A DNA stretch of 63,245 bases, the filler included, from Saprolegnia diclina VS20 (Eukaryota): assembly GCF_000281045.1 (NCBI RefSeq). It is 9 parts of 5 records of this genome, joined end to end, with 100 filler letters (N's around TTAATTAATTAA, not from the genome) between each part and the next. Parts side by side here need not be neighbours in the genome. Positions count along the whole stretch, not along the records: positions 28,539 to 38,469 come from NW_008246245.1; positions 38,570 to 46,990 come from NW_008246245.1; positions 47,091 to 49,586 come from NW_008246246.1; 6 more parts are not named here. One strand, written 5' to 3'. The first letter of the stretch is position 1; each line of letters starts with the position of its first letter. Under the pieces are notes generated by a model. That model was given only the letters and a program-made list of their open reading frames with translations, ran no database searches and was not told the DNA's origin. Shown one piece after another: positions 34,845 to 47,206 of this stretch. Made by a program: the position numbers and the translations under genes.

Positions 34845-35540
34845 GCATACATGTAGCGCTAATGCATGCAGTCCTGCGTCCCTTCTGGAGGTACACCGAA
34901 GGAGGCATTGGATGATGCAAACGATGATGCGCCAGAACACAACCAACACCCGCGGCGCCAGAAGCCGGCGACCCCTTCGTGTCATCGCAAACGAGGTCGT
35001 TGCAGGCGAATGCTCGCAAGCGCCCAAGCCGACGATGGGCTCGGCCATCGCATGCCAGCGCACGTGCAGCGCTATATATGCTCAACACGTGCACAGCGCC
35101 TTGGAGCTATACAAGCGCAGACATTGCGTTCCAGCAACAACGGCCTCGGCAGTGTTGCTCGTCTTAAGCCTCGCACACCATCCATGGCGGTGGCGATGCA
35201 TCGATCGAGATGGTACCCGTCCTTGCGCTGCCTCGCGTCTGACCGCAGACGCTCGATCGCCATGCTCTCCACATGTCTCTTCATCGTATATCATCCTCGG
35301 CGTCGTCGGTAGTGCCATCATCATCGTCGCATCCTTGTCAGCCTACGCGTCGACCTCATGGCGATCGTCAATGTCGATGGGCGGTTGACGCAAAAATGGC
35401 GGCCACGTGTCCATGGCCGCCTTTCTAGTGCGTGTGTTTTTTTACGTTGCATACAAACTCCTATATCATAATAAAATAAGAATCCAGTTCTGAGCGCATG
35501 TAGCAATAAAAATTGCATTGCATTTTTATTTTGACCGAAG

Positions 35541-36934
35541 ATGAAGTCGATCTGGGCGACGACGCTCCTCCTCGCGGCCGCGGCCTACGGCGCGCTGCTC
35601 CCGACGCTGAGCTTTGAGAAGCCGTTCGACGCGATCAGCGCCGACGGTGTCCGCGAAATCTCGGACGACTTTTCTTTCGGCGGCCACGCGCAGGTGAACC
35701 GCCACTTTGTGCGCTTGACGACCGACCGCCAGAGCAAGCGCGGCCATGTCTGGAGCAAGAACACGATCGGGTCGGCGCAGCTCTCGAAGCCCGAGTTCTC
35801 GATCATCTTGACGTTCCGCATCAGCGGCCAGGCCGAGCGCTGGTACGGCGACGGCATTGGCCTCTGGGTCACGACCGAGCCGCGCCACACGGACGGCGCC
35901 AACCACGGCTTTACTGACAAGTTTACGGGCTTTGGCATCGTCGTCGACACGTTTGTCAACACTGAGCAGCGCGGTGGCCACAAGGACGTCATGTTCCTCA
36001 CGAACGACGGCACGAAAAACGTCGACGACCTCCTCCACGGCGAGAAGCGTGGCTGCGATGCCAAGGGCCTCCGCTACCACGAGCGCAACGCCAACTTTTC
36101 GCCGTCGCTGAGCATGTCCCGCATGAAGGTGCAGTTCTCCAACAACCGCGTCACGATCCAGCTCGACCCGACCGACAGCGGCGTGTGGTCGCCGCCGTGC
36201 CACACGGAGATGGTCGACTTGCCGGCCAACTGGTTCACGCAGGCGACGATCGGCGTCACGGCCTCGACCGGATCGCTCGCCGATACGCACGACATCATTG
36301 GCCTCCAGGTCTACGAGTACGTTGCACTTCGTTCGTTGCGCTTGGATGCTCACGTCTACTTGTAGTCACAACGACGACCAGGAGATTGCGGCCAAGGACG
36401 CCAAGATCTTTGAGGACCGTCTGCGTACGTCTACCTTCTACCTCCTTGATTCGATGTTCATGGTCTGCGTGTAGCGGCGGCGTCGATGGACGACTTGCAG
36501 GACATTACGCAGGTCAACGACATCAAGGTGCAGCGCCTCCAGAAGCAGTACAACCGCATGATTGAAGATTTCGAGCACGAGTTTGCCTGTACGCTTCTGG
36601 CTTTTACGTACTACTCGGCATGCTAATGTGTGTGTGATTAGCCTTGAAGGAAGAGACGGCCAACACGATCGCCAAGCTCCGCAAGCAGGAGGAAGACGAC
36701 TCGAAGCGCATTGCCGAGCTCGAAGCGTGGGTCAATGGCCGCGTCAACGAAAAGGTCGACACGAAGGTCAAGGAGATTGAAGCGACTGTCGACAACAAGC
36801 TCGACGAAAAGCTCGCGACCGCCGGCTCGACCGGCTGGAAGACGCCGTTCTTCCTCCTCATTCTCGCGCTCGCCGGCGCCGCGGCCTTTGGCTATAAGAA
36901 GTACCAAGAGCTCCGCAAGTCGCACTTGCTGTAA
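35541..36934 (+). CDS. L-type lectin cargo receptor (ERGIC-53/VIP36/LMAN family)
   Basis: Signal peptide; VRLTTDRQSKRGHVWS, GDGIGLW, FTGFGIVVDTFVN, GVTASTGSLADTHDI; coiled coil, TM and RKSHLL tail; 3 introns. Confidence 0.9.
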
Positions 36935-37486
36935 GCGTAGCGACGTAGAGCTAGCCTTGAATACATGACTGATACATTGCTGGGCTGTTGGCCTCTGTGC
37001 TTCCGAGGATGCAAGCCGACGTGGCACCGCCGTTAGTGCGGTGGCATTTATCCAATACGTCTCAATGCACTGGTCATATCTCGCGAGCGTCGTAATGCGT
37101 GTCCGACTCGGCTAATGAACCATAAACGTTGCAGCGTTACAATATTTGGCTCACGGACGAAAGGAAAAAAGAGAAAAAAGAGGGAAGGAAGCAGCGATAA
37201 CGCAAGGAAAGCAGCGTACCTGTCCATGGTGTCCACTCGAAGACAACAGACGTCCGTGCTCCGGTCTGGGCTTCCAGGAAGTGCTCCTTCGAAGAATTAG
37301 ACTTGATGTTTGTATTGAAGGTGCCATACTTGAGCCAAAAAACGATTTATGGTCGACGCGACTAGCATTTTGACCAATCAAATGCATTTTGAATGCTAAT
37401 TGGCTCCGTTACGTAGTTCCGTCGATTGGATTGGCCCCGATAGATAAAAAGAATATAGAGCACTTTGTATCCCGCTGGCAAAGCCC

Positions 37487-38162
37487 ATGGACGGCCAGGA
37501 AGCTCCGACACCCACCTCGCCCGCGCCCACCTCGCCCGCACCGACCTCGACCTCGCCGACCACGCCGACCTCGCCGGCGCCCACCTCGCCCGCGCCGACC
37601 TTGCCTGTGCCCACCTTGCCCGCGCCCACCTCGACCGCCCACTTTGCCCGCGCCCACCAAGCCCGCGCCGACCTCGACCGCGCCGACCTCGCATGCGCCT
37701 ACCGAGCCCGCGCCCACCAAGTCAACTCATCGGCGCCGGCAGATCCGTCCAAACCGCCCGGATCCGTCGACTTGTGAAGCCCATCGCAACCGTGCAACGA
37801 CGCGCGAAGTTGAAGTTGCCGCGCCATCGCCAAAGCCTCCAGCAGAGGAGCGGGCAAAGCGCGCGCGCCGACAGCGGCAGTGCCCGAGCTGCAAGAAGCC
37901 AACCGACCATCACCCGCGGGACCCTTCCAAGCTTGCCGAAGCATGCGAAGTCGGTTTTTACGCAAGACACCTACGCGCCCTGCACAAGCATCGCCGCGCG
38001 TGTGATCGCCGCACGTGTGATGCGTCGTGCGCCCACGTCATCATCACCAGGAAGGGTGGGCAGTCGGACCGCGAGTCCTGCGAAGAACGGTGGGCCTTGC
38101 TGTCACGCGCGCAGCAGATCCAAGCGCTCGAGGAAGCCCAGGCCTATCTAGGCGTAAATTGA
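37487..38162 (+). pseudogene. Pro/Thr-repeat protein with Cys/His-rich C-terminus, frameshifted
   Basis: MDGQEAPTPTSPAPTS... shifts frame into PAPTKPAPTS...CPSCKKPTDHH...HKHRRACDRRTCDASCAH. Confidence 0.4.
37505..37725 (+). repeat. 15-bp coding-type tandem repeat (cccgcgcccacctcg-like; PAPTS)
   Basis: About 14 degenerate units, with a frameshift between the two PT-rich frames near 37640. Confidence 0.75.
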
Positions 38163-39371
38163 ATATATGTCCTGCATTGTGTGACGTTGGTGTCGCCTAG
38201 CATGCTTCCTACACAGCCCCGATTGCCGGAGCTCGCTCCTTGTAACACCCGCTGGTATCGGCGTTCGTATCGGAGCTTCCCTTAACACTATTTCCGTCGC
38301 CCAATCACCTTTGGTGATTCCTGGTATTGTTTTAGGTTTTTAGCCAATCAAACGCTGTGATAGATAAAAATTTGCAACGGGAGTCGAAGGTTCGCCTCCG
38401 ACTCGAGGGACACATCAGCGTAGCTCTTCTGCGAGACGTGTTTGGAAATATGCACCTTGCGTATACATGNNNNNNNNNNNNNNNNNNNNNNNNNNNNNNN
38501 NNNNNNNNNNNNNTTAATTAATTAANNNNNNNNNNNNNNNNNNNNNNNNNNNNNNNNNNNNNNNNNNNNGGTGATTTCGGCGTCGATTTGGACGACGGCG
38601 GTAGTCTCGGCGGTGCCTTCATGGATGTGTTTTCGAGCATTTTTGGGTAGATGTGCCGCGCTTCCCTTTGACGAGTCAACAACTTGACTAGTCTTGTGTG
38701 TTTAATGCATACTAGTATCCAATATATTCCAACTTTGACTCGTTGTGTCAGACGACCGTGGCGGCGCTGCAAGCGGTGTCCTCTCTCACAACTACGACTT
38801 GTGCCGGACGTGTGCCGTGAACGACGACTCGTCTCATGAACCGTTCCTGCTGCGTCTGACGTTGACGATGCGGATGACGCCGACTGGGGTGCTTGTTCGT
38901 GCTGCCAACAAGATCGACGCCGCGCTCGACTTTGCACGATGTGCTCGACTTCCTGGACGTTGCTTCGGAAACGTATCGCGTGGCCGAAGGGCTACAGAAC
39001 AAGGAACGCTTATATGCGTTTCAAGGTGACGACGAGCTCACGTTATTGGGGGGACTTCTATCCCGTCGATGGCCGCGTCGGCGAGCTTGGGAACCAGATG
39101 TGCCCGGAAGGCTACACGACCTTCAATCCCGATGTGAGCTATACCACAATGCCCCCATTCGACGCTGTTGACGCGAGCACCGACTCGTTCGTCGGCACGG
39201 ACACTGCGGACCCGTCGAGTGGCATTGGTGTCGACGGCGTCGTCGGTGGCGCTGTCAATCTTGTGGGTTCGGTTCTCTGCATGATTTCTCAGTAGTATTT
39301 TCAAGAAAGGCCAAAATTGTATCAATTTGATGTCTGATTTCAAGCGCTCTTTCATGAAGTTCAGTGTTATG

Positions 39372-42262
39372 TCATCGACTATAGCACTTGCTAGCCGTGG
39401 ATGGTCCCTTCCAGAGTACGCTGCCGCTTCCTTGGCAGATGCGCCGGGTCGTACGGATGCACAGGAGCTTGTGCGACGAGGATGTCCAACCACAGGACAA
39501 TTTCTCGGTCCTTCTCGCGTTTGTGTTTGACGCGAAGGGCCTCCACGAGCGCGTCGCGGCTTGTAACGTCGCCCTTGCCTTGTCAATATTCCACGCCCAT
39601 TCGGTTTGGGTCAGCTCGAGGCAGCTCGGATACGTTGCAGCAATGCGTGCGACGTTATGGCACTGGCCGGTTTCCTTGCTCAAGTACAAGTTGTCTTGGC
39701 ATCTGTCCCAGAGGAAGTCGCGAAAGTGAGCGCACACCGAGCAGTGCGCGTCATTGACGAAAATGTCGGGCAGGCTAAAATCAGCAACGTCGGGAAGAGG
39801 CTCTCGGACCCCAACAGCGTCGAACGTTGCCAAACATTTCGCTGCCACGAGCGCCGTCACGCGCACGAGCTTCTTCTCGGCAAGCGCAGAAATGGCGGGC
39901 AGCAGCAGCAATCGGTTGGCCTCGATCGTTGAGGGCACGGCGCGCAGCCATGACGCTGCAAACGCTTCAATGTGGTCTGGTGCGACAGCGAGTAGAATGC
40001 GAAGGGCGGCTGGGAATATCCCCGCGCGGTGCTGGTTGACGGTGATCGATGGAAAGTCACGCTTGTGCTCGAGGTGCCGCAACGCCCAACCCTCGACTAG
40101 CGGTAGCTGCGGCGCCAGCGCCACGAGGAAGTCGCCAAAGAGAAATGTCGTAGCTGGCGATAGCGGCATGGGTCGCCGCTTCAAAAGCGCATCGAGGGCC
40201 GCCACGACCGAGAAGCGCCAGATTTCCCACATGTGCGCCAAGACAGCTGCACTACAGCGCCCGGTCGCATCCAGCGATGTCACGATGCAGCCAATGCTGG
40301 GCAGGGACATGGTTTTGATCCGTCGCGAAATTTCGTGAGTGCTGACAGTGTCGACGGCCGCTACAAGAGCTTCTGCGTACGCGTCCAGTGGCATGTTGGG
40401 CTGGCTGCGCAAGACAGCGGCAAGCGCCTGAGGCAGCGTCATCACAAGGGCTATCGAGAAGCGGATGGTATCGACAGCGATATAGCTTGTCGCGTCCCCT
40501 TCCTCGTCGTCACTGCGTCCGTCGTCGATGCTGTAGATCCCGAAAAATGGCGCCTGGAGCTGCACCAAAACATCCGTGCTTTTCGGGGACACAAAGCTCT
40601 CGACGAGTTGCACGAGCACCGTCGGTAGTTTGTGGGCGAGGCAGCTACCTTCGGAGGCACCCGGCAGGGTCATATGCCACTGCAGCAGCAAGTAGTGCGC
40701 GATGAACGTCGGTACTGGATCGCGATCGTTGGCGAAAAGACGCTCGTGCGCGAGTACCTGACGCCAGCTCGTCGCGACGAGCGCCGCGACGTCTTCGTGA
40801 CGCAGCGGGGGACACACGGCGTCGTGAGTGATCCCCACAAGACTTGCTAGTAGCTGGAGCACCTCGCCCGTGTGGCTTGGCACCCAGCGATCAATGAGAC
40901 TCAAGATCGCTGGCCGCAGGCGCACCCAGCCGTACTGCACAACGCACGCGCGCAAAAGCGGTGCAATGCTATCGATGGGGGTCGTTGGCGTGACGCTGAC
41001 GACGTGGCCCACAAAGAGTCGCACGAGGTCGCATTCGTTGTACGCGAGAAGCAGCGACCCCATCGACGCCACGGCGTCCATCTCGAACGGGAGTCGACTC
41101 GCCCCCAGGGTCGTAAACATCGACATGGCGCCGAGTAGAAACTCCCGCGTCGAGTCGATCTCGAGTGGTCGTTGCGCTCTTGCCGTGAACTCTGCGAGGA
41201 CGACGCTGCGCGACAACGGCAGCACGCGTTCCGCCCCCGCGAGCTAGGTGCGGTATCGCTTGTGCCAAAAGATCAGCGCCTCTTCGCCGTGCGTGCACGC
41301 AGTCAGTTTGAGGCAGACGTTGATGGGCATACCGACCACATTACCCCAGACACACTGTGGTATCGAGCAGGCCGGGTGGGGATCGCAGCGGACGACGACA
41401 TATGTCTTTGTTTCGTACACGCCCCATGCCAGGTGTCATGGATGCTGCTGCGCTTGACAGTGGCCAGTGCAACGTCGTAGCATCTCGTCGCAAGCAAAGC
41501 GTCCACAAGTGCCGCGTCTTTTACGGGAAGCTCCCCGAACGAGCGTCCCGATGGCTTGGTAATGTACCGAAACACGAGGGGTTGTCGGTGCAATGGCTCA
41601 TTTGCAATGTCCAGCAGCGCGGCGACCGCCACCTCTTGGGCTTGTGGCGCGGTCCGAAACCCAGACTCGGGCTTTGTGCAGACCAAGTTGTAGACGAGCG
41701 CGACGCGTCGACCGATCATGATCCGTGTCGAGACCAGTTGTGTGCTCGAGTAAGTGGCCAAGCACTGCAGCGTCGCCTTGGCCACCGGCATTTCGTCCAC
41801 CGTCTCACTGCGATGATCGCTCTGAAAGAATAGGCCACCGCCCACGTACGTCGACGGCAGCCAAATGATGAGCACGCCGAGCGTGTTTGGCACCTCTGCG
41901 CTCGGAGCGAGGGCCGTCGAATTGCCATTGGCGTCAAAGCAGAGGTGGGAGAGTGTTGCAGTCGCGTGCTCTTGGCCAAAGTCCTTGCGGACGCTGACGA
42001 GCACGTCATCGAGAAATGCGTTCCAGCCCACGTGGTTGTTGATGCGAAAAGCCGATGCGGGAATGACGTCGCTCGTGTAAAGCGACGCGATTTGCGTTTC
42101 CTGGCGTGTGGGCAGCGGCCAGGTAATGTACTCGGAGAGCCCGTTGATGCGCAGGAACGGGTCGGTGATGTAGCTCTGTGTGTACGTCGACACAAACGTG
42201 CGTTCCAACACGAGTTGGTCGATGGCTGCTTTGTACTTGGCTTTGATCGTGCGGGATTCCAT
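39372..42262 (-). pseudogene. Second disrupted member of the degenerate 2OG-Fe(II) oxygenase-like large-protein family
   Basis: LGVLIIWLPSTYVGGGL...IMIGRRVALVYNL; PHPAC, YGW and RW motifs shared with 31363-33651; frameshift near 41425 and in-frame stop near 41245. Confidence 0.65.
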
Positions 42263-43122
42263 GGCGAGTGCTCAAGTGACCTCAATTTGATGGTGGTTTG
42301 CTCGTCAAACCACTAAAATACCGACCAACGAAATCGATGAATTTGCTCTATTTTCGACCAAAAGCTCTTTCCAAAAGCCCACGGTGCCCCCACGCTGCCG
42401 ACATGAGATAGGTCGGGTACGAGCCATTGTCATCCGAAAGCACTGACGTCTCCGTATATGCAGCGTAGCTCACACGTTGGAGCCATACAAACACTGGTGG
42501 ACCTCCCAACGTCCTTCCCAAAACCGAGGGACTCTTCGGATCGGATCGAACTAGTTCTTTCGTATCGACACGACATTTTCATCTATTTCGTGTTCACGTT
42601 GCCTGACTCACGCTTGGAGAATGCCTGCGCTCCAGCAGACTCATTTGCATGCGCGGTATAAAGTTCTGGTGTCTGGGATCGCGAGCATTATCTTGACGTA
42701 GAATGGCACTGTTGTTTCCACGGTCTAATCCCGACAATATCGCTGTCCACTGACGCAATTTTTGTCCAAATCGTCGGCGAAAGCGTGCCATGGCCCTTAC
42801 AAACCGCAACGAGTACTAACGTTAGCACAGGCCGAGTGTGGCTACACTTGCGTACTGCTGGTGCTTGGTCTCACCGTGCGACGTTGATGTGGGAGCCGCG
42901 CGTCTCGTCATTTGGGCTGACCAAACGGCGAGTTTGTCAGATCTCGTCCACGTCAACATCGTACCAAAACAAGCAGTTTGGTTGCTCGCATGGCAGCGAC
43001 GGTCGCCGCTGCTCGCGCCAACAACTATTAATGTGGGTCCATGGGACCATGAGTGATTGATCTACTGACTAATCGACTAATCCCTTTGGAGTCGTGGTCC
43101 GGTCCCATGGGACCACGTTACT

Positions 43123-43262
43123 ACAGGACGCCCGGTCACCCCTGGGTCCTAAAGGAATTTGGACGACCCCGCGGGTCAAAATGGGCCTCAGGTGGGGGGT
43201 CGGGGGCCTCCAAAGTAGAACCCGCTGGTTTCGGGCGACCCCCGGGGGTGACCGGCGTCCTG
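43123..43262. repeat. GC-rich segment bounded by ~22-bp imperfect inverted repeats
   Basis: caggacgcccggtcacccctggg ... cccgggggtgaccggcgtcctg; preceded by ggtcc(c)atgggacc palindromes at ~43036 and ~43101. Confidence 0.55.
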
Positions 43263-44882
43263 CTGGACTGCGTGTGTTCACTCATGTTGGAGGACAGTAC
43301 AGAGTACAATGGAGATATCTAATATCTAAACGATGTTGAAAACGGCCTGTACTTCGTCGCCGCGGAAGGAGACGTAGTCGTTGTTGCTCTTGAGCACGTG
43401 CTGGAAGATGTCCACTCGACCCCACACGCGTGGATCATGGTGGACTTGGTGGCGCTGGCCGACGACTCGATGCGCCACTTGTTGTACAACTTGACGTGCA
43501 CGGAGAGGAGTTGATACCGACCCTTGGCGGTTGTGACGATGGCGTTTCTCTTGAGCATGGCCGACGTCGTCGGAGTCTCCACCAGCTTGGGGGCCTTCTT
43601 GCACCATCTTCCTGCAAGCGAGTTGAATTTGGCCTCCATGTTTGCCGACCCTATATTGACGTCACAAAATGGCACGGAGCACATCGCTGACCGTTCTCCT
43701 TCGCGTGTAAATTACGCAAGCAGTTGGCCGTGGACTCGAAGAGTGCAAGAACCGAAGGCACTTGAAGGGCTACGTCGTGATTGTACCGAAAGCAAGCGTT
43801 ATGGGAGAAGGGTACCAAAGACGACGCGCATCGAGGGTGACTCGCTGACCTTGGAAAGACTGGTCTCGTTGGTGTCGAAACCAATTTGGACGTCCGGGAG
43901 ATCGCCAGCTTGAAATGCTGCTGCGGCGCCGAGCAGCTCGTCGATCGGCGTCTCGTTCCCGACCGCGACTTCGGCGATACCTGGATCAACGGAGGCTGCA
44001 TTGTTGTCGATTTAATTGATTAGCGTGTTCACGTAAGAGATTTGCATACCTTTAGTTCGAATGCGCGGAGTAACGAACTCGCCGAAAGCGCCTCAGAGCG
44101 CGCGCCGAGCTGGCCTTTCACGCCGGCGGCCGNNNNNNNNNNNNNNNNNNNNNNNNNNNNNNNNNNNNNNNNNNNNNNNNNNNNNNNNNNNNNNNNNNNN
44201 NNNNNNNNNNNNNNNNNNNNNNNNNNNNNNNNNNNNNNNNNNNNNNNNNNNNNNNNNNNNNNNNNNNNNNNNNNNNNNNNNNNNNNNNNNNNNNNNNNNN
44301 NNNNNNNNNNNNNNNNNNNNNNNNNNNNNNNNNNNNNNNNNNNNNNNNNNNNNNNNNNNNNNNNNNNNNNNNNNNNNNNNNNNNNNNNNNNNNNNNNNNN
44401 NNNNNNNNNNNNNNNNNNNNNNNNNNNNNNNNNNNNNNNNNNNNNNNNNNNNNNNNNNNNNNNNNNNNNNNNNNNNNNNNNNNNNNNNNNNNNNNNNNNN
44501 NNNNNNNNNNNNNNNNNNNNNNNNNNNNNNNNNNNNNNNNNNNNNNNNNNNNNNNNNNNNNNNNNNNNNNNNNNNNNNNNNNNNNNNNNNNNNNNNNNNN
44601 NNNNNNNNNNNNNNNNNNNNNNNNNNNNNNNNNNNNNNNNNNNNNNNNNNNNNNNNNNNNNNNNNNNNNNNNNNNNNNNNNNNNNNNNNNNNNNNNNNNN
44701 NNNNNNNNNNNNNNNNNNNNNNNNNNNNNNNNTTTTTTAGCTCTGCCTCACTTGGCAGACTATCTTGCGTGTAGGTGGTTAGGGTCTCGCCCAAAAAACC
44801 CGCTGGTAGCAATTAGGAGCTAAGAGCTCAAGAACCGACCGTGTCGTCACGGGCCTCACCCGCGGCCACAAGCGTCGTAGGG

Positions 44883-45040
44883 CGACGACAGAAGAGCCAG
44901 ACGAGCCCCCGCGCCGCCGCCTGCACAGCCACGGACCGGCGAGCGAATGAAGAAGAAGGAGATTGCTAGTCTCTACGTATGCGAAGTCTTTGTGTAATTA
45001 TGAAGATAACGTTAACGCGAAACACGTTCATATATATATG
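44883..45040 (+). repeat. Dispersed repeat, uninterrupted copy (empty-site homolog of 54104-54876)
   Basis: cgacgacagaagagccagacgagcccccgcg...tatgcgaagtctttgtgtaattatgaagataacg...(TA)n matches the reverse complement of 54763-54876 and 54104-54136. Confidence 0.9.
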
Positions 45041-46100
45041 TAAGAGCACAAGAATTCGTTGCGTCGCAGCCTTGCTAAAACAGTCTTATACCTCTGGTCT
45101 AGATAGCGTCCTGACAGCGGCTCAAGGAGTTACATCGGTATTGGGCTGAGAAATTGTTGTATTTATTTCACACGGCTTCTTCGCTCAGGGAAATAAAGGG
45201 CACGAGGCCTGCATTACCTGGTGAGGCATGGCGGGTTGCTTAGCGGAGATGGAAAACTAGAATGCCAGGCTCTAGCAAGAGTATTATAGGGTGTGTAACG
45301 GCATCTATTTTGGGCATTACCGGAAACGGATGCGTCGGATGTTTTCTCTATACAAAACGTGACGAGTGAAATAAAATAAATAGTAATTAAAATACTCGAA
45401 ATATTTTGCATGAGTCTTTTTTATTACGCTTCTGTGGTCCTAATGTGGTCATCTTGGGGCCGTAGGATGGAGACGTGGGAAGCTACGCGCGGCAAAAGAA
45501 AAGCTTGTACCTGCAAGAAGATGTTTCGGACTTGCTTCCCTCAAAAACTCAGCTTCGCGCGTGGCTTCCCACATCTCCATAACTTTGAGCAAAGGCACCC
45601 ATCGCGGCTAGAAACTTGGTTTTTGGATACTTTATCGAATGATTTCCTGAACTTAATTGCAGGGTGAAACGTTTTTGAAGGTCTTCTCTTCAATTAAGTA
45701 TTATCCTTCGATTAAGTTTCCTCATCCAAATTTTGCAATCGTTCTGTGGCGTTTCATCCGACGCATGTACAGTAAAATGCCGCGCGGCCCAAAATAGGCG
45801 TCGTTACACACCCTAGGATATTTATGTACTCTTGGCTCTGGCCACGAGTCGTTGATTTCGCTGAGGCGCTTTCCCTTGAAAAGTCCGTTTCGACTCCTTG
45901 CAGGCGCGAAACACCCCGTTGAAGCGCCATGCGACGTCCGACCAAGGTGGCGGACACGAGAACCCCGCGACGACGTCGCGTCCGTCGAAATCGCGTCGCA
46001 TGGCTCTTCAGCGTTGCATCCATACTCAAAGTGTCGACGATGGTATGTCGCCCTCTGAGAGCAATGGAATTTTAATGTTCTGTAGCCTCTCACGGCGTAC

Positions 46101-46990
46101 GTGTCTGAGCACTTTCCGTGGGCAGGCAAGTTGTCACCTCCCACTCTGTACGCCAACTACAGCACCTTTTCCAATGCCGAACTGGCGCTCAAGCGCGCCC
46201 TGTATACGAGCGCGACGCTGCCTTACGGCAACTCGTACCGAGTCGACAACACCAACAACGCGCAAATTGCCCGCGCGCTGCTGCATCTCGGGCAGCCACC
46301 GATGTCAGTCACCACGTGCTCGAGCTCGATATTGCCGGGTCTTCCGGGCCTCATCTTTTACACGGATCGTATCATCGAGATGCTTTGCAACGCGGTCTCG
46401 GCGTCCAATGCAAGTGCCGTCGACTGGTCCACCCAGGGCTCGTGTTTTCGGTCTGAGTTTTTGTCCTTCTCGTTGGGCCATTCGTGCGTGTGGCTCGTCC
46501 CGGGCAATGCAGTTGAGAAAAATAACACCGATGCGTCGGCCATGACCGTGTACTTTGTGTACAACGAGTCTCGGTTCGCGGTGTGGGTCTGGCTGAAATT
46601 TGGCTACCGCATTCTCTCGACACTTTTTGTCTGGTATCGGCTCTGGACGCAGTACTACAAGCACGTTCTCGACCTCGAGCGCTGCTTGCGAACACGAGGG
46701 CACCGCGACATGCTGCCTCGTGGGGATGCTTGGTCGTATGAACTCGTGCTCGGGGACCCCACTGCGATCGTACTCATGGACCCGTGGGTGGCGACCTTGT
46801 ATTTTTTCGACATTTGGCTCAGCGTCACCAACCTCTCAGTTGCAATCTTGCAAGTCGGGCAGTCGGGCAGCACAGAGCACCTCGTGCGGAGTGTCTGGTA
46901 CCTCTCCCGCACGGTACAATTTCCTCCATTATGCCACGTATAAGACAAATATGGATAGGTCTGGTTTGCATTTTGGGCCCTCTGCCTTGC
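46101..46990 (+). CDS. Saprolegniales-type expanded multi-TM protein, partial
   Basis: WLKFGYRIL...LWTQYYKH...LGDPTAIVLMDPWV...DIWLS...YLSRTV; runs into the gap; true start uncertain. Confidence 0.6.
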
Positions 46991-47206
46991 NNNNNNNNNN
47001 NNNNNNNNNNNNNNNNNNNNNNNNNNNNNNNNNNTTAATTAATTAANNNNNNNNNNNNNNNNNNNNNNNNNNNNNNNNNNNNNNNNNNNNATATATATAA
47101 GCCACAGAGCCAACCCGAAAAATATCCTCAAAAAGTAGCATTAGTTGATAGACTGATACAATCCATATGTAACACGTCCAAGTCGATCGATCGTAGGGTA
47201 CAAAAA

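Noticed and set aside
34866..35388. Possible small gene between BAP31 and the lectin
   Set aside because: No consistent frame or recognisable domain.
38745..39295. Coding-like fragments next to a gap
   Set aside because: Broken frames with no family I can name.
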